64,000 bases of DNA, taken from Isurus oxyrinchus (lineage: Eukaryota). A program made the position numbers and the translations under genes. The stretch's first letter is position 1, and each line of letters begins with the position of its first letter. The notes below the pieces were generated by a model. The model was given only the letters and a program-made list of their open reading frames with translations, was not told the origin of the DNA and ran no database searches. The stretch spans positions 3,038,001 through 3,102,000 of the forward strand of contig JANJGN010000036.1 of the NCBI GenBank assembly GCA_026770705.1, read 5' to 3'. Shown piece by piece: positions 25,497-38,705 of this stretch.

Positions 25497-28400
25497 TAAT
25501 AAACGATATTGAGAGCTCAAGTTCTGCTTCTGGGCTATGAGGTGTAGTGGAAAGTATCGTCTGTTATTTTCTCATGGAGGAAGCCTGGAGGCAGCCATCT
25601 CAAATTATGTTACCGGCTGAATTCATATTTATTAATAATAATGCACAATAAAGTCCGTTGATTGGTCACCTCCTGGAGACTCTTCAAGTCTGACAGAGCA
25701 GGCTCCAATTCAAGTCCAGTTTGTCACACGAAACATTTAAAATTCCGTTCAGCCTCGATGTGTTTCTGCTTTCCTGCGACAGTGGTTTTAGGTTCATTGT
25801 GCATTTTTGTGTAGCGCTTGAGCAGGAAAGAGTGAAGTTAGCAATCCATTAACACATGTTTTGAAACGCCAACATTGAATTTGGAGCACAGGTTATGTGA
25901 TTTCTCAGTGCAGATGTGCTCAGTGAACCTGCAATGAAAGTTTGCAGGACATCTTTTTAGAACACGTGAGAGAAGTTTAAAAGTGAGAACAATTCTACAA
26001 GAATGATACCAGACCTGAGAGGTTATGAGATCAGGAAAGATTGCAAAGGCTGGGCCTCTTTTCGACACAAAATTTAAGACTGAGGGGTAACCTAATGATC
26101 ATATTTAAAATTATGAAATGGTTCGATATGTGTCGGCACAGAGAGAAATTTTCCACTTGCAGGAAGAGCAGAAATAAATGTTATGAATACAAGATATTCA
26201 CTAATAATTCCAATGGGGAAATCAGGAATAATATTTTCTCAAGAAAAAGGGGAGAATGCAGAACTCGCTTCCAGCTGGAGTGGTTGAGGGGAATAACTGC
26301 GATGCATTTAGGGGAGAGCTGGATAAACACATAATGAATAAATGAATAGGATATTATTGTGGGGTGAGATGAAGATGGATAGAAGGAGGCTGTTGTGGAG
26401 CAGAAAGGAGAGCAGTGAGCGGGGGGCGGTGGGGGATGGGGGCGAATGGCCTGTTTCTGCTCTAGAAATAATTTGCTTTTTTTAAGCAGAAAACATCAGC
26501 AGTGACTGAAAGCGATTTGCTATGGATACTTATCACCAATACAACAGATTCACTTAAGTGGTCTGATATCTTTCCATTACACCGTCAATATCATAAACAC
26601 TAAACAGCAAGGTTTAGGACCACTGCTTGTTAAGATACATGCCACGACTGCAACCCAAGTTATTCACCACGCAAGACAAATCCCAAAGGGAAAATTGTCT
26701 TACAGATCTATTTCTTTGTATTCTGAAAACAAGGTGAAATTTACTGGTGCCAGAAACATAGAATCCGAGTAAAACTTTGACGATTCTAAACTTGAAAGAT
26801 TTAGGAATAAGAAGAAAAAAGCCTTAAGCACACAAGATTAAAAATTATACAGTTGAAAGAGCCTTGCAAAACATTCCTCCAAAAATCACAGTTGGCCAAA
26901 ACACAGAAGTAAACTACTTTGCAACAGCTGCCTATTAGATTTTCAAACCATAAAAAATCCAGTAATATTACCCAAGGCAAAAACTGCTGCTACTTTAGTA
27001 AAGCATTCCGCACAGCTTCTTAGTCTCTTCCATTCTGTTGTGGAAATCCGAAGGAGGTTCAGGAACAGACTCCCTCCAGGAAACAAAGGCTTCCTCATCC
27101 TGAAATCAACTGGCTCTTCAAATTTACATTTTCTCTCAGCACGCTGCTGGTCTCAGGACATCTCCTACACACAGTCACCTCAACTCAACCAAACAACCTT
27201 CCATTTATATCTTCTCTTCCACTTTCTCCCTAGGCTCCATTATTCTAAGCACCTCTTTGAACTCAGCTTTTCCAAAATAAAAAAAAAACCTTTCATGTCT
27301 TCCTATTGCCTCCACTTTCGAGTCAAATGAATTTAAAATTACTTCCCTTGTTTACTTATGAAATCTTTGTACTAGTACTTTAAAGTCCCTTTGGAATGTC
27401 GCAGCTGGAAAGACAGGCTCTTACCTACCAACTGATGGAAATTAAAAACCCAACTTATTTACTTGTGATTCCAACTTTGCCATAGCCTCTTATTACACAA
27501 ATGCGTGCATCCAACACTTTGCATTTAACTCTCAGTTCCCACAGCAAGCTGCCTTTATTGAAATTCCCTAGTTTAATTAGCTATGTAAACACACACACAC
27601 ACCTCACAGACACGCGCACACACCAGACAGACACGCACACACAAACACCCCTCTTATTACAGAATACCACCATGACCCCGACAAGTTATTTTTAAAAAAT
27701 CGATCAGCACGTACTGAGCTCCACCTACTCATCTTGTCTCCATATGATTAATACACTTACACACAATATGAAATAGATGCCAGCTTCAGCAACTCTCTGG
27801 TGGAGAGATATACAGATTTCTAATCCATACTCCACAAAATTTTTTGCTCCAAAAACACTGCACTCACAGTAAAGTTTTGACATGTAGTTTTGAAATTATG
27901 CACAAAGTAAGAGGCACTGTGTAAAAGTGAAATGGAACTATTGCAAGTTTTCTCCATCACTGCCCGTGTCCCTCTTGTGTCCCGCGTTCCATTTCAGCAA
28001 GTGATAGAACACAACACATCTCAGACAAAGAAACCCACTACTAACAGCATCTCAATCCAGGACTGATTTTGTCAGTCAACAGGAATTGCATTTTTATCCA
28101 GATGGCATTTAATTATAATTTAACTATTAGTCAGCACAAGCCCCTGGTGCATCGTTATATTCGATGAGTAATTTATTTCATTTACATCCAGACATTTGTC
28201 AAGAAATGAACATCCGGTCAACAACTGGAGTTACAGGGTCAACAGAAAAAGTTCCTAGTGTTTACTCAATATTTCTTTCATTTTTGAGTTACATGATTAC
28301 AGTGGAAAATATTTACGAAAACTCAAAACAAATTCAACATTTAACAGGATGAGCCAGTCTTTGAAAACTGTGGACAGTGCAGTGTAGTTTAGTTGTTTGA

Positions 28401-28500
28401 AGGGTGTTTCCTTAGCTCTCTGCTTATTTGCACAAGGCTGTGGTTTGATTGGCAAATCCTGTCTCCTCTAAAACTCATCAGAGAGAAAACGTCTGGTATC

Positions 28501-31500
28501 TCATCTGCGACCTGCCTTCTTTTTTGATCTTTGATCCAATGCAGCCAAGTCCAGGGAGGCGTAATGAGTTCTGCCTTGAGTCTAGGAGACATATTAAACA
28601 TGAAGAGCGAAAAGTAGTTAAAAGACAGGTCAGAATATCAACTCCCACAACCGCTTTTCATAGAATTATACAGCACAAAAGGAGGCGATTCGGCCATCGT
28701 GTCTGTGCCACCTCTTGGAAAGAGCTATGCAATTAGTCCTATTGTGCTTATCTCTGTCCGCATATCGCCACCATTATTTTCCTCTTCCACTATTTTCCAA
28801 TTCCTTCTTGAGAGTAACTATTGAATGGGTTTCCGTTGCCCACTGAAGCAATTTGATATCTATTTTGCTTCATTTATATGTGCAACAATTGTCTGAAATA
28901 ATGTTTTGTAAAAGAGCAGAAGAATTTTGAAATCTATCTGAAATCGCCAAAGTTTAACCAGAAAAAAATGGGATGATGAGTCTTTCAATTTGAATCGATT
29001 GCTTTGCTGTTAATTAGTCAATCCGATTACTGTGTTTAGTCATGTGCCATCTGCACGATCGAGCATAGTCCACAGAATTCAGCACATTCACAGGAAGCAC
29101 ACACAATCAAAAGACTTACCTTTTTTAATATAGCGCCTGTTACGAGCTGAAGAAGGCTCATTTTAGGATGTGTAAGCTCTGTTCTTAATGCAAGGCGGAA
29201 GCGAATTTACGCACAGTAAGATGCCATAAAGAGCATTATATTAATGACCCAGATACTTCATTTTTTTAAGATGCTGGTTGAGAGATTAAATATGAAACCA
29301 AACACCAGAGAGCCACCCCTCCCAACTCCGCAAACACTCCACCACTGCTCTTCATACAATAGTGGCTGTCCCCTCTGTTATGCCAACCTGAAAGGGTAGA
29401 CACAGCCTCGATATAACGTTTCATGTGAAAACGGCACCTCAGGCAGTGCAGCACTCGCTCTGGATGTTCAGTCTATACATTCTTCTCAAGTCNNNNNNNN
29501 NNNNNNNNNNNNNNNNNNNNNNNNNNNNNNNNNNNNNNNNNNNNNNNNNNNNNNNNNNNNNNNNNNNNNNNNNNNNNNNNNNNNNNNNNNNNNNNNNNNN
29601 NNNNNNNNNNNNNNNNNNNNNNNNNNNNNNNNNNNNNNNNNNNNNNNNNNNNNNNCTTAGTCCACTTGCAACAGAAACACGTTTTCATTTATCTATAAAA
29701 CTCCATTGGGTTTGGTCTTATAGTCATTGTAATTACATTGGCTAATGCATTTACTAACTTGGTTGACGGGGGACAAAGGTGAGAGAAGAGGGAGGGAGAT
29801 TAGACTCACCATATATATATTTTTTTTTTAAATTGCAGAAATCTGTATTATGAACTGCTGGACATCTGCCTTTAAGTGTGACGGAGGCATTGTATCCAGA
29901 ACATTGCCCAATCCTTTCTATTATCAGATGGGGAGGGGGGCTGGGGTGTGTTTTCTGATTCCAGTTAGAGGGGCTCGTGGGATTTTATACAAATTCAGAT
30001 GCTCTAGACTGTGACCTGCTCTCTGTAAACGCGTGAATTATCCAGCACCTTATCGCATAAAACAACTTTTTGTATATTATTACAGCAATTTGAAAAAACT
30101 CACCTGCATTGCATCCTGCTGTGGCTGCTTTTCTTCTGTTTGACGGCGACCATCTGTTTTACTAATCATTAAGAACTGAATTAAAATTTTATCCCAGCCT
30201 GGCTAATCCATAATTAGATACAGATACACCGTGTGCCAATGATCCGCCAATGTACCAATGGTCCCAAAACGTCAATGGGCCACATGTGTCACCAGGCCCG
30301 AATCTACCGAAGGTCCCCTATTAGGCGAAAGGCCACTGAATATTCAGTGGAGTGAAATCCGCCAATGGATGAACAAGAAATATCTACCCCGGGTGTCTGG
30401 AGTCTATTGTCCTAGCATGTATACTGCAAATATTAATAACCAGCAATTGACATTTTCTATGGGATCCAGCGAGAGCAAGGTCATTGTGGAACATTTTGAT
30501 GGAAGGTAATGCTCTTATGCATTAATCCAATTCCACCCACTTGACATTTAATGTGTGCCAACATCTCAATGCAATTTAGCAGTTTGTTGCTCGTTCTGTC
30601 CCTCTCTTTGCCTTTTCTCTCTCAAGCTAAAACTGGTTTCGAACAAAAATGTCAAAAACGTGTTAAGGTTTGCAAACACTGCCTTAGGTGCCAGAAATAT
30701 TTGAAAAGAAATGGGTCGGTCTTAGCATCAATCTTAAAAAATCATGGAAAATGTCAGATAGTGTGATCGGCATGAACTTTTCAAATTGTTCAGTAGCTCT
30801 CATTTCATTGTGGGATCTCCTGTCTCGTTCCCCTGCAGAAAGTGATTTAGCCATTTTTAACTGCTAGAAGGGAATCAGATAGACTAACAATTTTTCAAAT
30901 ATCCCTGATCAATATTAATCCTGACCTGATCTGCTGCTTTTAATAATCCAAATGGAAATAAGGACCGAGAGTAGAACTAGTATCACCAGAGCAGTTATGA
31001 CAACAGGAAGGGCCGGAGTGCACCATCCGACAGAGACAAAACAATTAGAAACTGCTGTTCGGTCAAATCTTCCCTTTCTGGGATTCTCTGATGGCAAACT
31101 TGACCCAAAACAAAGCCCAGAAACCACCCATTCGGGCGATCTTGCCAGTGCAGGCTCTTTGAAAGAGGCATCTAGTTAGTCATATTCTCCCTACTCTTCC
31201 CCCAATATTCCGCGAAATATCTCTCAATCTGGCATTTATCTAATTACTCTTTTCAAAGTTCCTTTTGAATTTGCTTTCACCGCCCTTTCAGGCAGCGCCT
31301 TCCAGATCAAAACTCTCTGCGTTCAAAATAATTCGCTCTATCTCACCGTATGCTTCTTTTGCTGATTAGCTACAATTAATGTCCCTCTGGTTACCGAGCC
31401 TCCTGTCAGTGGAAACAATTTATCCATTTTTACTCAATCCAAACTCCTCAAGATTGTGAGCGCCGTGATTAAATTTCCCCACCACCAACCGCACCCTTTA

Positions 31501-32687
31501 ACATACTTTAACTGACTGGACGTACACATATACATACATAGAGTGTAATTTGCAGCCCGCAGTTTCTGAGGAGCTAGTTTCGCAAGTCGAATAAAAGCAT
31601 TTAATGCGCCGATAGTAATCTCACCTGTCCCTGCCTCTGCTGTTTTGGGGAACGGCACGCTTTTTGTTACATATTTGTTTGGAGACCCCAGTTGAAAAAT
31701 AGCAGTACAAACACCGCCCCGTCTCCAGGTTTCTCTCGACACCATGATGAGACTTCGGACGCTGTAAGTCCCGTCCTCCTCCATTTCACTGGAATCACTG
31801 GGTCCCTCGGTGACCAGGCCGGTAATGTTCCTGAAAATAGGAATCTGGTTGGAAGAGACTCCACTGACCAAGCACACTAAAGGGACGGTTTCCCTCAACT
31901 GCCGCTCATCCGGCGGGACAAATACCTGCACATCCGTCTGGTAGGTGTAACAGCCAGGACAGAGATTGGGACACAGTTAACGATTAATTTGCTCCAAATG
32001 ATAATGCTGTGCATGATGTCAATGCACTTCACTTACTGTCTTACCTCCAAGCAGCAGTGTTTGTCCATTCTGGAGCGGTGCAAAGCTATCTCTATGAGCA
32101 CAGTAATAGGAACGCGAGTCATTCACCTGGACATTGCGAATTTCCAGTATCAATTGATGTTTGCTGCTGTCTTTTTTAAATATAAACTTACAATCCGCCC
32201 CTGACAGGACTGGCTGCCGTTTTTTTTCTGGGCTTCACCCACGAGTTGTTTGTTCCAGAAATAGCGAGACACCAATACCGCTTCGAAAATGTAAGGACAT
32301 TTTAATACCACTGTCTGTCCGAATTCAGCTGTCATTATGAAGGGGCTTTGAGACAGAGAAGGCGCGGATTCTGTAACCAGAGAGATTATTGTTACATTAC
32401 TATTGGTTATTGGGATATTGAAAGCAAACACTTCGAAAGACTTCACCTGTAATTTTACCACAGTCGCATCATTGTATTTAATTTTGGTAGTTAGATTAAT
32501 TCTCCAATTTGATTCCTTCGCTTTCTCGGAGGAACCAGTAAATAAATTCACATGAACCGGTCAAATCCCTTCACCTGACCAGCTTTGTATACACTGATTC
32601 CAGTTTAAAATTCTCACCCGCCTCTTACTCACCATAAACCTGCAGCATTTGGAAAATGAGCATCAAAGATAAAGATCCCTTGGACAG
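28501..32687 (-). pseudogene. B2: VJ-C1-TM-ITIM-like receptor pseudogene, subfamily B (neutral TM)
   Basis: Leader 32687-32633 (ATG>CTG). V 32370-32045 (1-nt deletion in G run, DSRSYYC..QNGQTLLLG). C1 31954-31625 (acceptor AG>TG, W>R, C>A). TM 31054-30926 (LPVVITALVILVLLSVLISIWII). Cytoplasmic 30153-30104. Last exon 28581-28501 TQGRTHYASLDLAALDQRSKKKAGRR*. The last intron spans the N gap. Confidence 0.87.
29493..29655. other. Assembly gap (163 N)
   Basis: Run of N inside the last intron of B2. Confidence 0.99.
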
Positions 32688-35600
32688 CTTGACGCAGTGA
32701 TTTTTCCCTGTTTTTGCTCTCACTAGTTTGTTTGTGCAGGTGGAGTGCGCGCAGTCTGACCAGAGCTCTTTCCCAGTCAGTTGTTCCCCTTGCAGATGCG
32801 GTGGAAACGATGACGAGCTATGCTATGGAAAGTATAGTCACCATCTGTGCGTCACAGCGGTCAAAGGCTGAAAGCTTATAATGAACTTTACTGGGTTGTC
32901 ATTCAGAGGGTGACAGGATCATAATTGGATGGAGGTATGCTGAACATTGCAGTTGAAGTTTAATTCAAGTTTTATCATCCCGAATTGCGAAGGTGGCGGT
33001 GAGCGAGTTTTAAAAGCCACTTATCAGGCTGCTCCTCAGTATTGTCTTTAGAGAAAGGGGACTTACCCTGTTCAGTTATTCCTGTTAGTTATAACCTCTC
33101 AGCTCTGGCATGAGCCTTGTCAATCTTGTTTGCACCGCCTCCAGTGCTTCAATATTCATTTTGTTAAATTGAGTCCAGAAATGTGCATTGGTAGTCCAAG
33201 TGTGATTTGAACAAGGTACCTTAGGCGAACATAACTTCACTGTTTTTCACATATATTACTAGTCCCGGTGCTGATTTGCATTTTCTCATTTAAGATCACA
33301 GGCAATTGCACAAAAAGGAACTCCCTATTCACAAAGCGAATGAACCAACCGCTTATAAAGAGACCAGTACATGAGGCCAAGGTAAAAGCAAAATGCTGCG
33401 AATGCTGAAAACCTGAAATAAGAACAGAAAATGTTGGAAACACTTAGCCGGAAAACTTTGATGAAGAGACATACGCATTCGCAATTAAGCCTCTTTCTGT
33501 TTCAGACCTTCTGAGATTTTCCAAACTTTTCTGTATTTATTTCAGAACCTGAGCTCTCTGTTTACCGGGTTTGTATTTTGATCCTGAACGGAGATCACAC
33601 TCTCGCATTCTGCTGTTGAATGGGCGGCTTCACTGTAAATAACCTGGGCAGAACCGCCTCAAATAACCAGCGGCAATAACAGTGGACATGATTTTTAAAA
33701 AGAGCAACAACAAGGAAGCGTTGTTAACCCCCGAATATATGAGGATATTTTTCCCAGTCATAAATCTGTGAGGAACCTCTGGGATAAAGATTTCTGACGG
33801 TCATCATTCCCCGCGGAATGTTGCAGGATTTCTTAAAGAGCCGCGTTAGGGTTTCACTGAAAATGATTCTCAGAAGGAATTCAGCACAAGCCGGATAGAG
33901 AGAATCTCCGGGAAACTGTGATGAGAAAATCCTTCAGAGCAGTGAAACTGAGGGACAGCCACTGAAAAGTTTATCAGAATCTGGTATAAATACAAACTTC
34001 CGTTATCTTTTTCTGAAGACATTAGTCAGCTAAGTAATTTGTATCCGTTCATGGGATGTGGGGGTCGCGGGCTGTTGCAGCGTTTATTGCCCATCCTTCA
34101 TTGCCCCTTGTGAGGGTGGTGGTGAGCTGGTTTCTTGAAAAGCGGCACTCCCTGTGGTGTTGGTCCACCCACAGTGCTGTCAGCGAGGGTGTTCCAGGAT
34201 TTTGACCCAGAGACAGTGATTGGACAGCAATATAGTACCAAATCAGGATAGTGTTTGTCTTGGGGGGTAATTGGAGGTGGTGGTGCTCACATGCCCCCTC
34301 TGCCCTTGTCTTTCTCGGCGGTGGTATCCTTGGCGATTGGTTGCAGTGCTGCCTGTGTATAGATAGCACAAACTGCAGTCTCTCGTAACCTCTGATGAAG
34401 CGGCTGCATCATTTGTGAATAATGTTCGGGATCAGTTTTTTTTTCAAATACCGGACATTGCATATAAACAGTGACACGGTGTCAGGTCGAATTGGACACT
34501 GTAAATGAGATGAATATACACCAGCCTGTTCTCTGTTCAGTTGAATCTACCTGGGACGGCAAAGCCTCTTCTGTCTGCGGTTTACCACTGAGTCAAATGC
34601 AGGCGGTTCTGTAATGAAGCGCATCAACTGTAAAAAGAGGAAAACCACCGACAGATTCTGGATTGAGCATAATTTTCCATCTCAAGCGATAAGAGGTCAC
34701 AATCTCGGCCATCTTACGCCAACTGATGTGTTTTGCACAGACCCCTGAATGGGCTGTGAGCGATGCGCCTTTCTGAGACTCGCAGCAAATATCTGCGGTC
34801 ACAGCCAATGCGCCTCTTTGCTACCCAGCCTCGCGCTCTGCTGCAAGATTTACTGACTCGCTTCTTTGTTATTCAAGGTCAAGCATTTTCGCAGAACAGT
34901 TCAGACACTCAGTAAGGAACAACATTGTCTGCTCATTTCAGAACACATTCTGAAAGTCTTTCATTCTACCAGGTTAGTCACATTAAGAAGAATGTATCTC
35001 CCTCTTCTCTCCCAGCTTCCGTTCCTCAGTATTCTCCTGAAGACGCCTTGACATGGGTTCCTGTGGAGACTTGGAGAGAATTTGCAGCTTGGATTTGAGC
35101 TTTGACATTATAATTGGCTCATGTTTCCCATAAGGGTGCCTTTCAAGGAATGATTTGACCCAGCAGCAGTTTCTATGTATTTTTTCTCGGTTGACTTGGT
35201 GCATTTTGATCCGTTAACACAACTGTCACCCCTCAGCCAGGATCTACTCTTCATCCTCATTCTGATTTGGATCAGTAACGCGATTGGTCGGGTGAGAGTT
35301 GATGTTTAACGGGGACATCTCAATAATCGTGTGCTAATGTTATATTTAAATGCTCATTCCAGTTTCTTGTTTCAGCAAACCGATTGACTGTCTCCCACAA
35401 AGAAAAGCGAGTAATTGAACAATTTTGTAAACTTCCTGACCAATCTCTCTGTATTCATCACTGCGTCAAACCAGTTCAACTTAAACAACTATTCCAATCG
35501 TGTAGATACTTTTATATTTTCCACGTTCTTCTAAATGATTCTGATGCCAATTAACATTTCCCATCTCAAAATCAATTTCAAGTCACTATAGATTAAATTC

Positions 35601-36950
35601 AATGGCCCAGCCTCCAGTGCTCACTTGGGAAAGGGAGTCTAAGAAAAAGTAATGACCAACATAGAGAAAGCAATGCTCTGCATCTCATTATTAAAAGGGA
35701 GATCACTTATTCCTAAACTGTACCCCTAGTTCTACATTCCCCTACGAGTCGAAACATCCTCTCAGTATCTATCCTGTGAAGCCCCCTCAAAATCTTATAT
35801 GTTTCAGTAAGTTCACCTCTCATCCTTAGATTTACAACCAACACTCCGTGTTTGATATTATTTGTCTGCTTTTAGCTTGCGCATGCAAGGAAGATTTCTT
35901 TCCGTTAACAGAGGGCATTAGGACTCTATAATGATCAACTTCATTTGCACGCCAATCCCTTTTATTGTTTTAGCTGGAAACTCACTGTCATCAACATAAG
36001 GCTGATGGGGTAACGCCTTCATCAGATTCTTTGCTGGGGAAGGTGTTTTGCTGTTTTTTGAAACACCACCAATAAGAAAGCGGGCGAGAATGGAGAACTC
36101 AAATGGATTTTACCAGCTGTCCAAAGAGATATACAGATGTGGAAGCCATTAATGCAACTTTCAGTTTAAGGCATCGGAAACACTCAGCCAACAACTGAAC
36201 TATGCTGATTCAGGTTGCGTAAAATAATGAAAGTTAGTTTGGTTGGAGATGGCAATACCATTTCCTCACGTGAGTGGAGTATGTGGAGTATGAGGGGAGG
36301 GGGCTTAAAGGGAGTGGAGCCCAGACCAAAGGGTCACCACCTTCAAATTATAACCAGGCCGTTCATTGGTGATGTCTGGGAGCAATTCGCCCCCGCAAGA
36401 AATGTCTGATGGGGCATCAAGTTGATGGGTGCTAATGAAAACATGATGTGCGGTGAGGGAACAGGCACTTGAAGAACTCTGCAATTTTAGAAGAATAGGC
36501 GAGTAACACAGATTATGTTAAAGAATCTCACACTCCATAGACACGTTCGCCTTGTTCAATGTCCGTCTACGGTATACTATCGTAATCTCTTTCTCTCTCA
36601 CTCTCTCTCTCTCTCACACACACACATACACAAACACACACGCACAGAAACTCATCATTCGGAGCCTCGCTCATCTGTACAGGCACATTATCCCGAATGA
36701 GAAAATTGCTAACTCCTAAATTTGCAGAGGGCACAGTGATCATCTGTACAAATTTCAAGATTCAGGGTATCAGCTTCTCCATTTTGGGTTGTAACATAAG
36801 CACATGTATTTATGCAGTGACCCAGTTCAGAGAAGGCGAAAGGAGGTAAAACAATCAGTGAAAAATCTGAAGAGCCTTTTCTGCTAACATTGTCAATGTG
36901 ATTACAAAAACTGAGAAGACATCACGCCAAGAGGGTGGCCAGGCTCTGGG

Positions 36951-38705
36951 TCAGGGAGCATGGCCGCAGTTTGACAAGGAGCAGCGTCTGGTCTCAGGGG
37001 GAGGCAAACGGTGGCAGCGGGAGCAAGAGAAAGACAGAAGAAGAGAGATAGTGCAGCCCCTTGTGGACAGGGCGCGAAACGTCAGCAGCCAACGTCTCTG
37101 TGACAGGGTCCCTGCTGAAGTACTTTATACTCTCATGGAATTATTGCTCTCCTTTTGGGATAATGGGCGTTCCTTTGGAGCCCTAATAACATTTCCGCAC
37201 TCCTTCTACGGCAGGCAAACCCCGTTTTTCTTCATTCTGTATCTTCCTCGTTATGTTTCCTTACAAGTTTGTGTTTTATACAAATTATATTCCCTCCCGA
37301 CCCATCCCCTCACCACGAGCGCCTTGCCAATAAATCATTCGTTGGGACATAAGTTTGCACATTTTAGTCACATTGAAATAGCCTGGCCGCTCGTTGCCCT
37401 CATTTAGCATGATAATTCTTTCCTTTTAAAAATAAAAATAGACTCGAATTTCTATAACACCTTCTGCGCCCCCAGGGGATCAGCTAGCGATTTACAGTCA
37501 ATTAATGGCTTTTTTGAAATGTCGTCTCTGTTGTAACATAGGAGATGCAGTAGCCAAATTCCGCACACCAAACTCCCACAACAACCAATGTCATAATGAA
37601 TAAATTTGATTGACAGGTAAACATTCGTCGTAGGAAACCGGGGAGTACGTCATCATTGTCTGGACGTGTTGCAATAGTGGCTGTGGATCTTTCCATACAC
37701 CTGAAATGATTGACAGGCCTTCTCTTTAACATCTCGCCTGAGAGATAGCTGCATCGATAGTGCAGCCCTTTCTCAGAATTGATAACGAGAGCATCAGTCT
37801 CTGGAGTAGGAAATGCACACACGGTTTCCTGATTCAGAGGTGATGGATCTTTTCACCGAGCTGGAAGTCACAGCTAGTCAGAAATCTGTAGTTCAGTATT
37901 TAGCAGTTTCAATTTGTGACAGCCCATAATGTTTTGATGCTCCCAAAACTTATTCCCAGGGGTGATGTTGAGTTTAGGTGGCAATGAATTCTGGGAAATA
38001 TCTGATCAATTTCCTACTCCATGTGGAAGATACGAAACCATGGAAATGGATGGAGTGTATCACGGCGGAATGATCCATTCATGCCTGACATAGGTTGGCT
38101 TTCAAAGTTAACAAGTCTTTCTTTTAAATTAATTGTTCATAGGATTATGGCATCGCTGTCAAGACAAGCATTTGTTACCCATTCCTAATTGCCGCTGAGC
38201 AGCTGGTGATGAGCCGCCTTCTGGAACTACGACAGTCCCCGTGCCAAAGGTGCTGCACAAATCCATTTGATAAGGACTTACAGGATTTTGACCGAGTGAC
38301 GAAGGAGGAAATTTGTCCATGTCTGGATGTTGTGCAACTTGCAGATCCTGGTCCCCCCCAGTGCCCATGTCGTTTGAGTTGGAATGTGTATTGAAGGGGT
38401 CTTTTTGAGTTGCCGCAGTTTACCGTGTGGATGTTACACACTGCAGTCACTGTGCATTGGTGCTAGAGAAGGTCAATATTTGAGGTATTGTTTGGGGTGT
38501 TGCTCAAGCCGACTGGCGCAGGGACAGCCTGAGTACCAAACCCACATCTACGAGGTAGATTCAAATGAGCAATCCTGAAGTAAGTGACCATGAGAAAACA
38601 TACAACAATGTCCTGTCTGATGGGTGGTTAATTAAATTGAGCTTATTTTACACTCTGAGTGTTCAAATGATCCCCTTTGCTCCTGTGGAGAACTGAGCAA
38701 AACAC
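36951..38705 (-). pseudogene. Putative connecting-peptide (38705-38652) and TM/tail (37114-36951) exon remnants of a TCR-alpha/pre-TCR-alpha-like chain
   Basis: Phase-1 acceptors at the same positions in both tandem copies. TM-like ORF reads GTLSQRRWLLTFRALSTRGCTISLLLSFSCSRCHRLPPP. No upstream Ig exon confidently identified. Confidence 0.35.
37440..37860 (-). mobile_element. SINE (DeuSINE/SacSINE-like). Related copies near 29110-29480 and 41830-42230
   Basis: Shared motifs (TATAGCGCC..ACGACCTCAGG, GCAGCCAA..TTGCGCACA) recognised by eye. Confidence 0.5.

Noticed and set aside
29839-29875. Plus-strand acceptor followed by NLYYELL (ITIM-like)
   Set aside because: Needs a phase-2 upstream exon that was not found, and has no paralog in the window.
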